Shown here one piece after another: positions 20,371 to 29,880 of a DNA stretch of 64,000 nt (positions are counted from its first letter, which is position 1; each line of letters starts with the position of its first letter). The notes below the pieces were generated by a model that was not told the DNA's origin, did no database searches, and saw only the letters and a program-made list of their open reading frames with translations. The position numbers and the translations under genes are program-made. The stretch is from positions 1,900,776 through 1,964,775 of the forward strand of contig CBDEFR010000009.1 in NCBI GenBank assembly GCA_965237505.1. The letters are read 5' to 3'. The DNA comes from Paracoccaceae bacterium (GTDB lineage: Bacteria > Pseudomonadota > Alphaproteobacteria > Rhodobacterales > Rhodobacteraceae).

Positions 20371-22181
20371 TCTTCCCACCACCATGTGTCTGGTTGAAAC
20401 CCGAGCCAGTCACCATACATTGGCAACCGGTCCGAAAACTTAAGCTGTTTGGCATGCGCGAGTCGAGAGTGATCGGCAAACCACAGCGGGATCACGTATC
20501 GCCCCGAAGTCAGCACCCGGTCAAGGGCTTTTGCGGCGGCGCGGAAATCGTCCTGACTGCCGGCGGTCAAAAGCTTTTCGATCATCGCATCGGCGGCGGG
20601 CGAGTTCATCCCCATCCAATTGCGCGTGCCGGGCTTGGTGATGCCCTCGGACCCCCAGTAAAGCCTTTGTTCGGTGCCCGGCGACAAGGACATTGCACGC
20701 CGATAATACGCCATGTCAAAATTATAGTTGTTGGTGCGCTCACGATACTGGGCACTGTCCACCAGGGTGATCGTCGGGGTGATCCCAAGGCGGGCCAGCG
20801 CCGAAAGATAAAGATCGATGATCTGCTGAGTTTCGGTGGCCCCCTGGCTGAGCACAATCTCAAAGGTAAACTCTTCACCAGCGGCGTTTTTCAAGACCCC
20901 GTCCTGCACGCTCCAGCCCGCCTGTTCCATCAGCTCGGTGGCCTTGACGATATTGCCGCGGTTGCGTTCGGTGCCGTCGCCGACGGGTGGCGCATAGCCG
21001 CTCAGCGCGCCTGGCAGCAACTGATCGGCAAACGGTTGCAGCAGCGCCAGCACACGGTCCTCGGCGGGGCCATCGGACATGCCCAGGACCGAGTTCGAAT
21101 AATAGCTTTTGATGCGTTTCTGGCTGCCCCCGGTAATCGCTTCGTTGATGAATTCAAAGTTGAATGCATAGATCATTGCCTCTCGCACCCGCCAGTCCTG
21201 AAACTTTTGGTTGCGCATGTTCATCACGAACCCGCGGATGCCCGAGGGGCGTTGATGCGGCACGATCGATTTCACCACCTCGCCGGACTGAACCCGCGGA
21301 AAATTATATTGCGAATCCCATTTGGCGGCGTTGCCTTCGCGATAGGCGTTCGCTTCACCGGCAATAAAGGCCTGAAACACCACGTCGCCATCGCCGTAAT
21401 AATCATAGCGGATCTCATCAAGATTGGCCTGACCGCGCATGAACGGCACGTCCTTGCCCCAATAGTCGGGGTTGCGTTTCAGCGAGATAAAGCGCCCCGG
21501 CTCAAAGGCGTCGATCGGATAGGGTGACGAGCCGATCGGGATCAGATCGACGCCGCTGACCGCGAAATCGCGGTCCTGCCACTGCGCCATTTTAAGAATC
21601 GGGCGCAGCCCCATCAGCAGCGCCAGCTCCTGATTGTCGGAATTGAAGGTGAACCGAACCGCGCGTGGCCCGGTCTGCTCCATGACTTCGACTTGTTTCC
21701 AGGCGCTGTGGTATCTGGGGTGACCAAGGGTGCCGAGGGTTTCAAAGCTCCACATCACGTCGGCAATGGTGATCGGACTGCCATCGGAAAACCGGGCCTC
21801 TTCGCGCAGCACGAATTCCACCCATTTCCGGTCCGGTCCGGTCTCGACCGATTCGGCCAGCAATCCGTACAGCGTGAACGGTTCATCATAGGAACGTCCC
21901 ATAAGTGCTTCAAAAACATGGGCCCTCACCGGCCAGGGTGCGCGGCCCTTGAGAATATGGGGATTGAGCGAGTCAAACCCGCCAGGATTTGCAAAAACGA
22001 TCCGCCCGCCTTTGGGGGCATCAGCATTCACATGCGGCAGCGACACAAAATCGGGTGGCAGGGCAGGCGCCCCCGCCATAGCTATTGCGTGTTGCGGTTC
22101 GCCCTGCGCCGTGCCGGTTAGGCAAACCAGCATGAATGCCGCCGCCGCGCTGCGAATTTGGAAGAAAAAGTCCGGTGTCAT
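20367..22181 (-). CDS. ABC transporter substrate-binding protein, family 5 (YejA-like, peptide/microcin type)
   Basis: 604 aa with a signal peptide and typical SBP_bac_5 length and motifs. No permease or ATPase genes are adjacent. Confidence 0.8.
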   Translation of the reverse strand: MTPDFFFQIRSAAAAFMLVCLTGTAQGEPQHAIAMAGAPALPPDFVSLPHVNADAPKGGRIVFANPGGFDSLNPHILKGRAPWPVRAHVFEALMGRSYDEPFTLYGLLAESVETGPDRKWVEFVLREEARFSDGSPITIADVMWSFETLGTLGHPRYHSAWKQVEVMEQTGPRAVRFTFNSDNQELALLMGLRPILKMAQWQDRDFAVSGVDLIPIGSSPYPIDAFEPGRFISLKRNPDYWGKDVPFMRGQANLDEIRYDYYGDGDVVFQAFIAGEANAYREGNAAKWDSQYNFPRVQSGEVVKSIVPHQRPSGIRGFVMNMRNQKFQDWRVREAMIYAFNFEFINEAITGGSQKRIKSYYSNSVLGMSDGPAEDRVLALLQPFADQLLPGALSGYAPPVGDGTERNRGNIVKATELMEQAGWSVQDGVLKNAAGEEFTFEIVLSQGATETQQIIDLYLSALARLGITPTITLVDSAQYRERTNNYNFDMAYYRRAMSLSPGTEQRLYWGSEGITKPGTRNWMGMNSPAADAMIEKLLTAGSQDDFRAAAKALDRVLTSGRYVIPLWFADHSRLAHAKQLKFSDRLPMYGDWLGFQPDTWWWEE

Positions 22182-22260
22182 TTTGGCAACAATCCTTCTG
22201 CTCTCTTGTTTTCCTTGCTCAAAGACTAACCGTGTCTTTTAACCATTTCAAACTTTTAGC

Positions 22261-22289
22261 TTGGCCGCAGGCGACACCTCGCGTATAAA
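22261..22289 (+). promoter_or_regulatory. Putative sigma70-type promoter TTGGCC-N17-TATAAA
   Basis: The hexamers have exact 17-nt spacing. The site is followed ~80 nt later by a strong terminator, with no ORF in between. Confidence 0.45.
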
Positions 22290-22295
22290 GAAGCC

Positions 22296-22370
22296 ACTGC
22301 TCGATAGGTTTCTTGCCTGTATGAAACCTGCCTCAACAACTTAACGCCCGCTTCGTGCGGGCGTTTTTTT
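22296..22370 (+). ncRNA. Candidate small RNA (~75 nt) ending in an intrinsic terminator
   Basis: A 5' hairpin AGGTTTC-N10-GAAACCT (22306-22329) is followed by the single-stranded stretch GCCTCAACAACTTAA. The terminator is CGCCCGC-TTCGT-GCGGGCG plus T7 (22345-22370). The 5' end is only inferred. Confidence 0.45.
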
Positions 22371-22427
22371 GATTCTGTCGGTGGCTGTCTAAAATTTGCG
22401 GTGCCGCGGGCCAAGTCCATATTTGAT

Positions 22428-22460
22428 GCCTCCGGCGGGGTATTCCTGCAAGAATGGCGG
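22428..22460. repeat. Copy of the dispersed repeat (GCCTCCGGCGGGGTATTCCTGCAAGAATGGCGG)
   Basis: It shares GCCTCCGGCGGGG(A)TATT with the copy at 58934. Confidence 0.55.
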
Positions 22461-22529
22461 TGGCGATTTAGCCGTGTCGTTTGCAGATGCCACGGCTATC
22501 GTAAGGCCTGTGAAAGCGAGAGGTGGTGC

Positions 22530-23303
22530 ATGGAACTATCGGGCAAGACGGCCGTCATAACCGGATCAAATTCCGGCATCGGTCTGGGCGTGGCAGAGGA
22601 ACTGGCGCGGCTTGGCGCGGACGTTGTTCTGAATTCGTTTACCGACGGCGAGGAAGACCATGAGCTGGCCGAGCGGATTGGCAACGCGCACGGGGTGACG
22701 GCGCAATACATCTGCGCCGACATGTCCAAGGGCAACGATAGCCGCAAGCTGATTGACGCCGCCGGTGCCTGCGACATTCTGGTCAACAACGCCGGCATCC
22801 AGTATGTCGCCCCGATTGAAGATTTTCCGTCAGAAAAGTGGGACGCGATTATTGCGATCAACCTGTCTTCTGCCTTTCACGCCACTGCCGCGGCGCTGCC
22901 ACTGATGCGCGCCGCCGGCTGGGGCCGAGTGATCAACATCGCCTCGGCGCATGGATTGAGCGCGTCGCCCTTCAAATCCGCTTATATAGCCGCCAAGCAC
23001 GGTATTGTGGGCCTAAGCAAGACGGTGGCGCTGGAGACCGCCGGCCAGTCGATCACCTGCAACGCGATCTGTCCGGGTTACGTGCTGACACCGCTGGTCG
23101 AGGCGCAGATCCCGGCGCAGATGCAGGCCCATAACATGGACCGCGAAACGGTGATCAAAGAGGTCATGCTGGCGCGCCAGCCGTCGCGCCAGTTCGCCAC
23201 CACCGGGCAGATCGGCGCCACGGTGGCGTTTCTGTGCTCAGACGCGGCCGATCAGATTACCGGAACCACGATCAGTGTCGATGGCGGCTGGACGGCGATG
23301 TAG
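22530..23303 (+). CDS. bdhA: 3-hydroxybutyrate dehydrogenase (SDR family)
   Basis: MELSGKTAVITGSNSGIGLG...NNAGIQYVAPIEDFPSEKWDAIIAINLSSAFH...YIAAKHG. The start has a GAGAGGTGG RBS. Confidence 0.8.
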   Translation: MELSGKTAVITGSNSGIGLGVAEELARLGADVVLNSFTDGEEDHELAERIGNAHGVTAQYICADMSKGNDSRKLIDAAGACDILVNNAGIQYVAPIEDFPSEKWDAIIAINLSSAFHATAAALPLMRAAGWGRVINIASAHGLSASPFKSAYIAAKHGIVGLSKTVALETAGQSITCNAICPGYVLTPLVEAQIPAQMQAHNMDRETVIKEVMLARQPSRQFATTGQIGATVAFLCSDAADQITGTTISVDGGWTAM

Positions 23304-23306
23304 CGC

Positions 23307-23912
23307 TCAGCTGATAATAAGACCAACCGCCAGCCCCCACATGACCGCACCAATGCCCAGATCAAGCAGCCGCCAGACGCGCGCGGACCGCATGATCGGG
23401 GCCAGCAGTTGCGCGCCATAGCCTAAAGAAAAGAAAAACACGAACGACGCAGATACCGCGCCGATGCCAAAGGCGATTTTGGCGGGCAAGTCAGCGAACC
23501 GGGTCGAGATCGCCCCGATCAGGCCGAGCGTGTCCAGATAGACATGCGGGTTCAGCCAGGTGAATGCCGCGCCGATGGCAAGATTTGCCCACAGGCCAAC
23601 TGACTTGCCGTCGATCACCATGTGATAGTCGCCGCGGTAAGCGGCCAGGAACCGCAACGCTCCGTAAAGCAGCAGGAATCCAGCCCCGGCAAGCGACATC
23701 AAGCGCGGAAACGCCGGAAACAGCGTCACCAGCGCGCCAAAACCGATGACCCCGGCGCTGATCAGAACCGCGTCCGACAGTGCGCACAGCAGACACAGCC
23801 AGAACACATGCGCGCCGATCAGCCCCTGACGCAGCACAAAGGCATTTTGCACGCCAATCGCCAGGATCAGCGTGAAAGCGGTTACAAACCCGGTGCCGGC
23901 GGCGCTGAGCAT
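23307..23912 (-). CDS. LysE/ArgO-family amino-acid exporter
   Basis: 201 aa with six hydrophobic segments and a LysE-type N-terminus (..ILAIGVQNAFVLRQG..). Confidence 0.75.
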   Translation of the reverse strand: MLSAAGTGFVTAFTLILAIGVQNAFVLRQGLIGAHVFWLCLLCALSDAVLISAGVIGFGALVTLFPAFPRLMSLAGAGFLLLYGALRFLAAYRGDYHMVIDGKSVGLWANLAIGAAFTWLNPHVYLDTLGLIGAISTRFADLPAKIAFGIGAVSASFVFFFSLGYGAQLLAPIMRSARVWRLLDLGIGAVMWGLAVGLIIS

Positions 23913-23918
23913 GAACGG

Positions 23919-24620
23919 TTACTGGGCGGCAATTTTCTCAGGCGCTTTGCGCGGGTCTTTGCCGTTCGGATAGACAAGCCCGGCCGAGATCACCAGTTTG
24001 GCGGCATCCTCGACACTCATCTCCAGTTCGATCACATCTGATTTCGGCACAAACAGCAAGAACCCGGAGGTCGGGTTCGGCGTGGTCGGCATGAATACCG
24101 ACACCAACTGTTCGTCTCTCGGAATGCGCCGCTGCACTTCGCCCTTGGCGGTGGTCGAGATGAACGCGATCGCCCAGATCCCCTTGCGCGGGTATTCCAC
24201 CAGACAGGCGGTTTCAAAAGAATTTTCCTTTTGCGAAAATACCGTTTCGGCGATCTGTTTCAACCCGTTGTAGACCGAGCGCACCACCGGCATCCGCTCG
24301 ACCAGCCCTTCGGCCGATCTCAGGACTGAACGGCCCAGAAATCCCTTCGCCAGCCAGCCGATCAGAACCGTGAACACCAGGAATATGATGACGCCAAGGC
24401 CGCGAAGATCGACGCCGATATACTGATCGGGATGAAATTTTTCCGGCACAAACGGCAGCACCCAACTGTCGATCCAGCCAACCACCGTGTAAATCAGGTA
24501 AATCGTCAACGCGATCGGCGCGATCACCACCAGACCGGTCAGAAAATTCGCGCGAAACCCGGCAAACAGCCTGAGACGATGCCGCTTGTGTTGCGGTTCA
24601 TCCTCAAATGGGTTGGTCAT
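23919..24620 (-). CDS. DUF502-family membrane protein
   Basis: 233 aa with a typical DUF502 layout (N-terminal TM pair, ..PTTPNPTSGFLLFVP..). Confidence 0.7.
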   Translation of the reverse strand: MTNPFEDEPQHKRHRLRLFAGFRANFLTGLVVIAPIALTIYLIYTVVGWIDSWVLPFVPEKFHPDQYIGVDLRGLGVIIFLVFTVLIGWLAKGFLGRSVLRSAEGLVERMPVVRSVYNGLKQIAETVFSQKENSFETACLVEYPRKGIWAIAFISTTAKGEVQRRIPRDEQLVSVFMPTTPNPTSGFLLFVPKSDVIELEMSVEDAAKLVISAGLVYPNGKDPRKAPEKIAAQ

Positions 24621-24712
24621 GACAGGGTCTTCTCATACTCGCTTCCCAAGGGAACTTAGGTGTTTTGGTCGTGCGCTACAATCCGCAGCGCAGGCATGGG
24701 CCGAAAATTCCG

Positions 24713-25621
24713 CTATTTTGTGGCGAAATAGCGGGTAATCTTGGCCGCCAGGCGGGCATTGTTGAGCACCAGCGCGATGTTGGCCTTAAGCGACTGGCCA
24801 TCGGTCAGCTCAAAGATGCGTTGCAGCAGGAAAGGTGTTACGTCCTTGCCAGCAATTTTGCGTGATGCGGCGTCGCTCAGCGCGGTCGTGATCGCCGGAG
24901 CAAGCACGGCCGCCGGGATCTCGTCGGCTTGCGTGATCGGGTTGGCCACCAGCTGGCCACCGGGCAAGCCCATGTCCAGGCGTATTTTGTGCGCGCTAGC
25001 GATGTCTTCTGCACGATCCATGCGCAGCGGCGCCCGCAGGCCTGACGAGCGTGACCAGAACGCTGGAAAATCGTCTTGCCCAAAGGCGATCACCGGCACG
25101 CCGAGGGTTTCCAGCACTTCCAGGGTTTTGGGCAGATCAAGGATCGCCTTGGCCCCGGCGGCAACCACGGTCACCGGGGTCTGAGCCAGCTCCTGCAGGT
25201 CGGCCGAGACATCAAAGCTGCTTTCGGCGCCGCGATGCACGCCGCCAATACCGCCGGTGGCAAGGGTCTTGATGCCGGCCAGATGCGCGGCGATGATCGT
25301 TGCAGCGACAGTCGTGGCACCGGTGCCGCCGACCGCCAGACAGGCGGCGAAATCGGCGCGCGAAAGTTTGGTGACATCTTTGGCTTGTCCGATACCATCA
25401 AGCTGCGCGTCACTCAGCCCGACGGTCAGCGCCCCGTCGATCACCGCGATGGTGGCCGGAACTGCGCCAGCGGCGCGCACTTCGGCCTCGACCTGACGCG
25501 CGGTCATGACGTTTTGCGGATACGGCATGCCGTGGCTGATGATCGTGCTTTCAAGCGCCACCAGCGCTGCGCCATCGGCACGCGCCGCCGCGACTTCGTC
25601 AGAAAAGCTCAGCGGGATCAT
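24713..25621 (-). CDS. psuG: Pseudouridine-5'-phosphate glycosidase
   Basis: 302 aa. ..ALESTIISHGMPYPQN...GGIGGVHRGAE.. Confidence 0.85.
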   Translation of the reverse strand: MIPLSFSDEVAAARADGAALVALESTIISHGMPYPQNVMTARQVEAEVRAAGAVPATIAVIDGALTVGLSDAQLDGIGQAKDVTKLSRADFAACLAVGGTGATTVAATIIAAHLAGIKTLATGGIGGVHRGAESSFDVSADLQELAQTPVTVVAAGAKAILDLPKTLEVLETLGVPVIAFGQDDFPAFWSRSSGLRAPLRMDRAEDIASAHKIRLDMGLPGGQLVANPITQADEIPAAVLAPAITTALSDAASRKIAGKDVTPFLLQRIFELTDGQSLKANIALVLNNARLAAKITRYFATK

Positions 25622-26511
25622 AACGCCGTGTCGCCGGACACATAATCAGCTGCCGCCCGCAGCGCCGATTGCAACGCGGCATGTGCCGCGGCACCGGCTT
25701 TTTCGGCGGCGATATGGGCAGCCATGAAGGTATCCCCGGCGCCAGTCACGCGGGTGACCAGCACCTCGGGCGGCATCGCGCTGATGATGCCGCTCGCATC
25801 CGCCTGCGCAGCCTCGTCACCGCCATTTGTCACCAAGACTCGATGCGCGCCACGCCCGCGCAATGCCGTAGCCGCATCTTTGGCGCTCAAAAACCGGTCA
25901 TGCGCCAGCAACCCGGACTCCTCCAGATTGACGTAAATCGTGGCGCCGGAATGGCCCAGCAACGGCACCAGCCGCTCGGCCTTGCCGGGGCTGGCCGGGG
26001 CGATCCGCAAGTCTGCGCGCGAAAACAGCGCACTTTTGGCGATGTCAGTCAGCAGCGCCTCGGTCAGGTTGCCGTCCAGCGCGACCAGGCCGCCATAGGG
26101 CGCCGCAGCACTGCCAAAAGTGCCGTCCTCAAGCGGGCGCAAAATCTTGTCGTCTGCCGCTTCCAGCGAATGCGCGTCAGCGATGGCTGCGATCAAGCCA
26201 TTGCGCCCCTCAACCGCCATGTACCGGTCGGTCGGCAGGTCTTCGGACAGGTAGACATGCTCGGTGACAATCCCCAGACGGCGACAGGCCGAAAGCAGCT
26301 CTTGGCCTTCTTCGTCCTTACCGATCGCGGTCAGGATCGCTGGCGTCATGCCAAACCGGCGCAACGTCATGGCGATATTCATCGCCACCCCGCCGGGCAG
26401 GCGGGTGATTCGTCCAGGCACGTCGGAACCGGCGCGCATATGGCTGGACGAGCGCCCGATCGTGTCCCAAAGGACCGAACCGATGCACAGGATGTCAGGT
26501 ATCTGAACCAT
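25618..26511 (-). CDS. psuK: PfkB-family kinase, probable pseudouridine kinase
   Basis: It has the ribokinase-fold signature (..TGAGDTFMAA..) and a 4-nt overlap with psuG. Confidence 0.65.
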   Translation of the reverse strand: MVQIPDILCIGSVLWDTIGRSSSHMRAGSDVPGRITRLPGGVAMNIAMTLRRFGMTPAILTAIGKDEEGQELLSACRRLGIVTEHVYLSEDLPTDRYMAVEGRNGLIAAIADAHSLEAADDKILRPLEDGTFGSAAAPYGGLVALDGNLTEALLTDIAKSALFSRADLRIAPASPGKAERLVPLLGHSGATIYVNLEESGLLAHDRFLSAKDAATALRGRGAHRVLVTNGGDEAAQADASGIISAMPPEVLVTRVTGAGDTFMAAHIAAEKAGAAAHAALQSALRAAADYVSGDTAL

Positions 26512-26593
26512 GCAAGCGTTCTGCCCATTGGGGCAGGGGATGGCAAGCGGACTTGGGCGTGGTAAGTCTGCGCAGAAACCTGCGAGGCCAGGA

Positions 26594-27283
26594 ATGACCA
26601 GCGACGATCCACGATTTTCAGGATTTCCGCGCGAGACATTTCAGTTTTTGTCCGACCTGAGGCAAAACAACTCCAGAGGCTGGTTTGAAGCCAACCGCGC
26701 GCGGTATGACAGCTCTTGGAAGATCCCGGCGCTGGACCTGATCGCAGCCCTGGCCGCGCCGATGGCCGCGCTTGATCCACCGCTGAAAGCCGAGGCGCGG
26801 CTGAACGGATCGTTGCGCCGTATCAACCGCGACGTGCGGTTCTCGCGCGACAAATCGCCTTACAAGGCGCGCCTGCACATGATTTTCTGGTCCGGTAGCC
26901 ACCCAAACCGGTCGCCGACCATGCATTTTGTGCTGAACCCGGATGGGCTGGGCTACGGGGCAGGGGTGTTCGGCCTGGCGCCGGCCGATCTGCAGTCAAT
27001 CCGCGACCGCATCGTTGACAGAGCCGAGCGCCAGCGGCTTTTGGCAGCAGTTGCGCAAGCGACCGCGGCGGGCTGTTCGTTTGGCGCGCCGGATTTGGCG
27101 CGATTGCCTAAGGGCTATGATGCGAGCGGCGACTGGGAGCACCTGTTGCGGCGCAAGTCTTTGGTGATGCGCACGATGCAGGACAATTCAATACCCGCCT
27201 GGATATTCACCGGCGATTGCGCCGACCAGTTAATGGCCATCACGCGCCACCTGATGCCGCTGATCCGCTGGCTCAGCCTTTAA
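26594..27283 (+). CDS. DUF2461 (TIGR02453)-like protein
   Basis: MTSDDPRFSGFPRETFQFLSDLRQNNSRGWFEANRARYD is a typical N-terminus of this family. The start was chosen at the internal ATG. Confidence 0.6.
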   Translation: MTSDDPRFSGFPRETFQFLSDLRQNNSRGWFEANRARYDSSWKIPALDLIAALAAPMAALDPPLKAEARLNGSLRRINRDVRFSRDKSPYKARLHMIFWSGSHPNRSPTMHFVLNPDGLGYGAGVFGLAPADLQSIRDRIVDRAERQRLLAAVAQATAAGCSFGAPDLARLPKGYDASGDWEHLLRRKSLVMRTMQDNSIPAWIFTGDCADQLMAITRHLMPLIRWLSL

Positions 27284-27608
27284 GAGCGTATCGGTCCGGT
27301 TCCTCAAAAACGTCAATGACTTTGGTGCCCGCCGCAATTTGCGCGTTGTGAACCACGCCGGACGGGATAGAATAAGTATCGCCGGGGCGGTAGGGTTTTG
27401 TTTCTTCGCTGATCGTCAGCTCAATCTCGCCCGCCAAAACGGTGCCCCATTGGGCTTTGTGCGAATGCGCCGGCAGCTCGAATTCTTGCAGGAAATCAAA
27501 AAACACCACCAGACACCGATCAGACCGGACCGCGTGTATCTGAACAACATCATCCGCGAACAGCACATCGAGGCCGGGAAATGACTTGATGAAATCTGGA
27601 TACTGCAT
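27273..27608 (-). CDS. Cupin-domain protein
   Basis: 111 aa. ..PAHSHKAQWGTVLAGEIELT...GDTYSIPSGVVH.. Confidence 0.65.
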   Translation of the reverse strand: MQYPDFIKSFPGLDVLFADDVVQIHAVRSDRCLVVFFDFLQEFELPAHSHKAQWGTVLAGEIELTISEETKPYRPGDTYSIPSGVVHNAQIAAGTKVIDVFEEPDRYALKG

Positions 27609-27638
27609 GCTTGTGCCCCCGTTTGGTTGATTGTCTAA

Positions 27639-28214
27639 GTGTCTGATCCAAAACTAATTGAGTGATTTCAGCGAGTTGTGATTCAATTGGATTGATAAGA
27701 TTCGAGGGAGATCACAATGGCCTGGACGGAAACCACTCGCGCCCGATATGAACGGCATTCGGGACGCTATGCAAGCGATTTAACTGATCAGGAATGGGGT
27801 TTGATCGCGCCATTCCTGCCGCCGCCTAAAACAACTGGTCGTCCGCGCAGCACGGCGATGCGCGATGTTCTGGATGCCATTTTGTACATCGCCAGCGCCG
27901 GGTGTGCGTGGCGTATGCTGCCCTATGATTTCCCGCCAGTGTCCACCGTGCGCTACTATTTCTATGGCTGGCGCAACGATGGCATCTTTGAAGTGATCAG
28001 CCATTTTCTGGTGGCGATGGCGCGCGAGTTTCATGGCAAGAAGCCCGGCCCCACCGCTGGTGTCATTGATAGCCAGACCATAAAAACAACGGAAAGCGGT
28101 GGCATTTCGGGCTATGACGCGGGCAAGAAAACCAAGGGCCGCAAGCGCCACATTGTCACCGACACGCTCGGGTTTATGGTTGGGTTGGTCGTGCATAGCG
28201 CCGGTATTCAAGAC
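27639..28214 (+). mobile_element. IS5-family element A, left part only (left boundary approximate)
   Basis: The transposase N-terminus is present. A possible end, GTGTCTGATCCAAAAC, lies near 27639. The right side is cut at 28214 by IS1182. Confidence 0.6.
27717..28214 (+). pseudogene. IS5-family transposase, C-terminally truncated
   Basis: MAWTETTRARYERHSGRYASDLTDQEWGLIAPFLPP...GVIDSQTIKT...HSAGIQD runs directly into the IS1182 inverted repeat. Confidence 0.8.
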
Positions 28215-29878
28215 CCAGACCGTGTGAAAACTCTGGGTGGCGGGGATGGAGGTTTGGGTCACCATGATTTGCCGCGATCCCACGTAGTCCGGCGGTTTGG
28301 CGCCGGTAGCCCCGCGGAAGAGGCTCCGGGCCTCCGTGGATCGATGTGGGGCGCTTGATTTGGGCCAGACTCCCGTCTCACGCCCTCGCGGCGGCGATCA
28401 AGGCGGGAACACCTACCAGAGAGATCGCGCGGCGGATGTTGTAAGCCAGCGCCGTGATGCTGAACTCGCCGCGCACGTTCTCCAGCCGCCGGGTCAGGAA
28501 GGCACCCTGGCCCATCCATTGTTTGATTGAGCCGAAGGGATGCTCGACGCTTTCACGGCGCGCATCGAGCAGCTCCGGGCGGGCCGCCAATCGTTCTGCC
28601 ATGCGCTCCAGGATCGCTTCGTCGACATAGCGCAGGACCCGACGGAAGGCGCTTTTCGTACACTTCGACTTGAGTTGGCACTCCTTGCACGCGGCGCGAT
28701 TGGCGTAACTGGCGAAGATGAGATCGCGGCGCTTGCGCTTGCTGTGTAGCGCCAGGCGTTGGCCGTCGGGGCAGATGTAAATGTCCTCGCCGCCGTCATA
28801 GCGGAAGCGTTCCTTGGGAAAGAGCCCCTGGCTCACCGTTGATCCGCGCTGGGGCTTGGGCACATGCGGCATGACGTCGGCATTCTCGCAGGCCTCGATA
28901 TCCTCGATCTTGAAGTAGCCCGCGTCGGCGACCGCGTCGATCCGATCGACGGCCAGGTTCCGACGGGCCGCCACCGCCGTCTCGGCCAACAGACCGAGAT
29001 CGCTGACCTTGCTATGGACCTGCTGCTCGGCGATCAGTTTGTGCTTGGCGTCCACCGCGATCTGGATGTTGTAGCCGACACCGACCCGGGTCGCGGCGTG
29101 CATCGCCCGGCTGTCCGGATCCGTCAAAGAGAGCTGGTCCTCGCCACTCGCAGCCAGCGCGTCGCGATGTTCCTCAAACCGCTCACGCCGCCCTTGGATC
29201 GCAGCGATCTTTTCCCGGATGTTCTCCACTTCGCCGCCGCCGGTGCCGCTCTCGTCTTGCCCGTCGGCCTCGTCGAGCCGGTCGAGATAACGCGACAACC
29301 TCTCGTCGCTCTCGGCCAACGCCTTCTCCAGCTTCGCTTTGGTAAAGTTCCGCTCCCGGCTGTTCACTGCCTTGATCCGAGTACCGTCGACTGCCACCAG
29401 CTCGCGCCCGAACAGCTCCAGTTCGCGGCATAGCCTCACGAACTCCCGCAACACCTGGCGGAACGCCGCCCGATTGATCCGCCGGAAATCGGCGATCGTC
29501 TTGAAGTCCGGCGACAAACGCCGCAACAGCCAGATCACTTCGAGATTACGCTTGCTCTCGGCCTCCAGCCGGCGGCTCGAACGTACCCGATTGAGATAAC
29601 CGTATATGTAGAGCTTCAGCAGGTCCGCCGGATCGTAGCCGGGACGACCCGTCGCCTTCGGCGTGGCGCGCTCGAAACCAGCGACCGCCAGGTCCAAACC
29701 ATCCACGAAAGCGTCGATGAAACGGACCGGGTTATTCCGGCCCACGTAATCGTCCACTGCTTCCGGCAGAAGCAGAACCTGAGAGCGGTCAATGCCAGGA
29801 ATGTGTCTCATGGCGGACTCTAACATCGCCATGAGCCGGACGGAATCCCCCGCCACCCAGAGTTTTCACACGGTCTGG
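28215..29878 (-). mobile_element. IS1182-family element (1664 bp)
   Basis: Perfect 31-bp terminal IRs CCAGACCGTGTGAAAACTCTGGGTGGCGGGG lie at 28215-28245 and 29848-29878 (inverted). There is no target duplication, and the flanks are two different IS5-type remnants. Confidence 0.85.
28378..29856 (-). CDS. IS1182-family transposase
   Basis: This is a 492-aa ORF (..DRSQVLLLPEAVDDYV...GRPGYDPADLLKLYIYGYLNRVRSSRRLE...). The true start may be the internal MRHIPGID at 29811. Confidence 0.8.
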   Translation of the reverse strand: MAGDSVRLMAMLESAMRHIPGIDRSQVLLLPEAVDDYVGRNNPVRFIDAFVDGLDLAVAGFERATPKATGRPGYDPADLLKLYIYGYLNRVRSSRRLEAESKRNLEVIWLLRRLSPDFKTIADFRRINRAAFRQVLREFVRLCRELELFGRELVAVDGTRIKAVNSRERNFTKAKLEKALAESDERLSRYLDRLDEADGQDESGTGGGEVENIREKIAAIQGRRERFEEHRDALAASGEDQLSLTDPDSRAMHAATRVGVGYNIQIAVDAKHKLIAEQQVHSKVSDLGLLAETAVAARRNLAVDRIDAVADAGYFKIEDIEACENADVMPHVPKPQRGSTVSQGLFPKERFRYDGGEDIYICPDGQRLALHSKRKRRDLIFASYANRAACKECQLKSKCTKSAFRRVLRYVDEAILERMAERLAARPELLDARRESVEHPFGSIKQWMGQGAFLTRRLENVRGEFSITALAYNIRRAISLVGVPALIAAARA

Positions 29879-29880
29879 AT

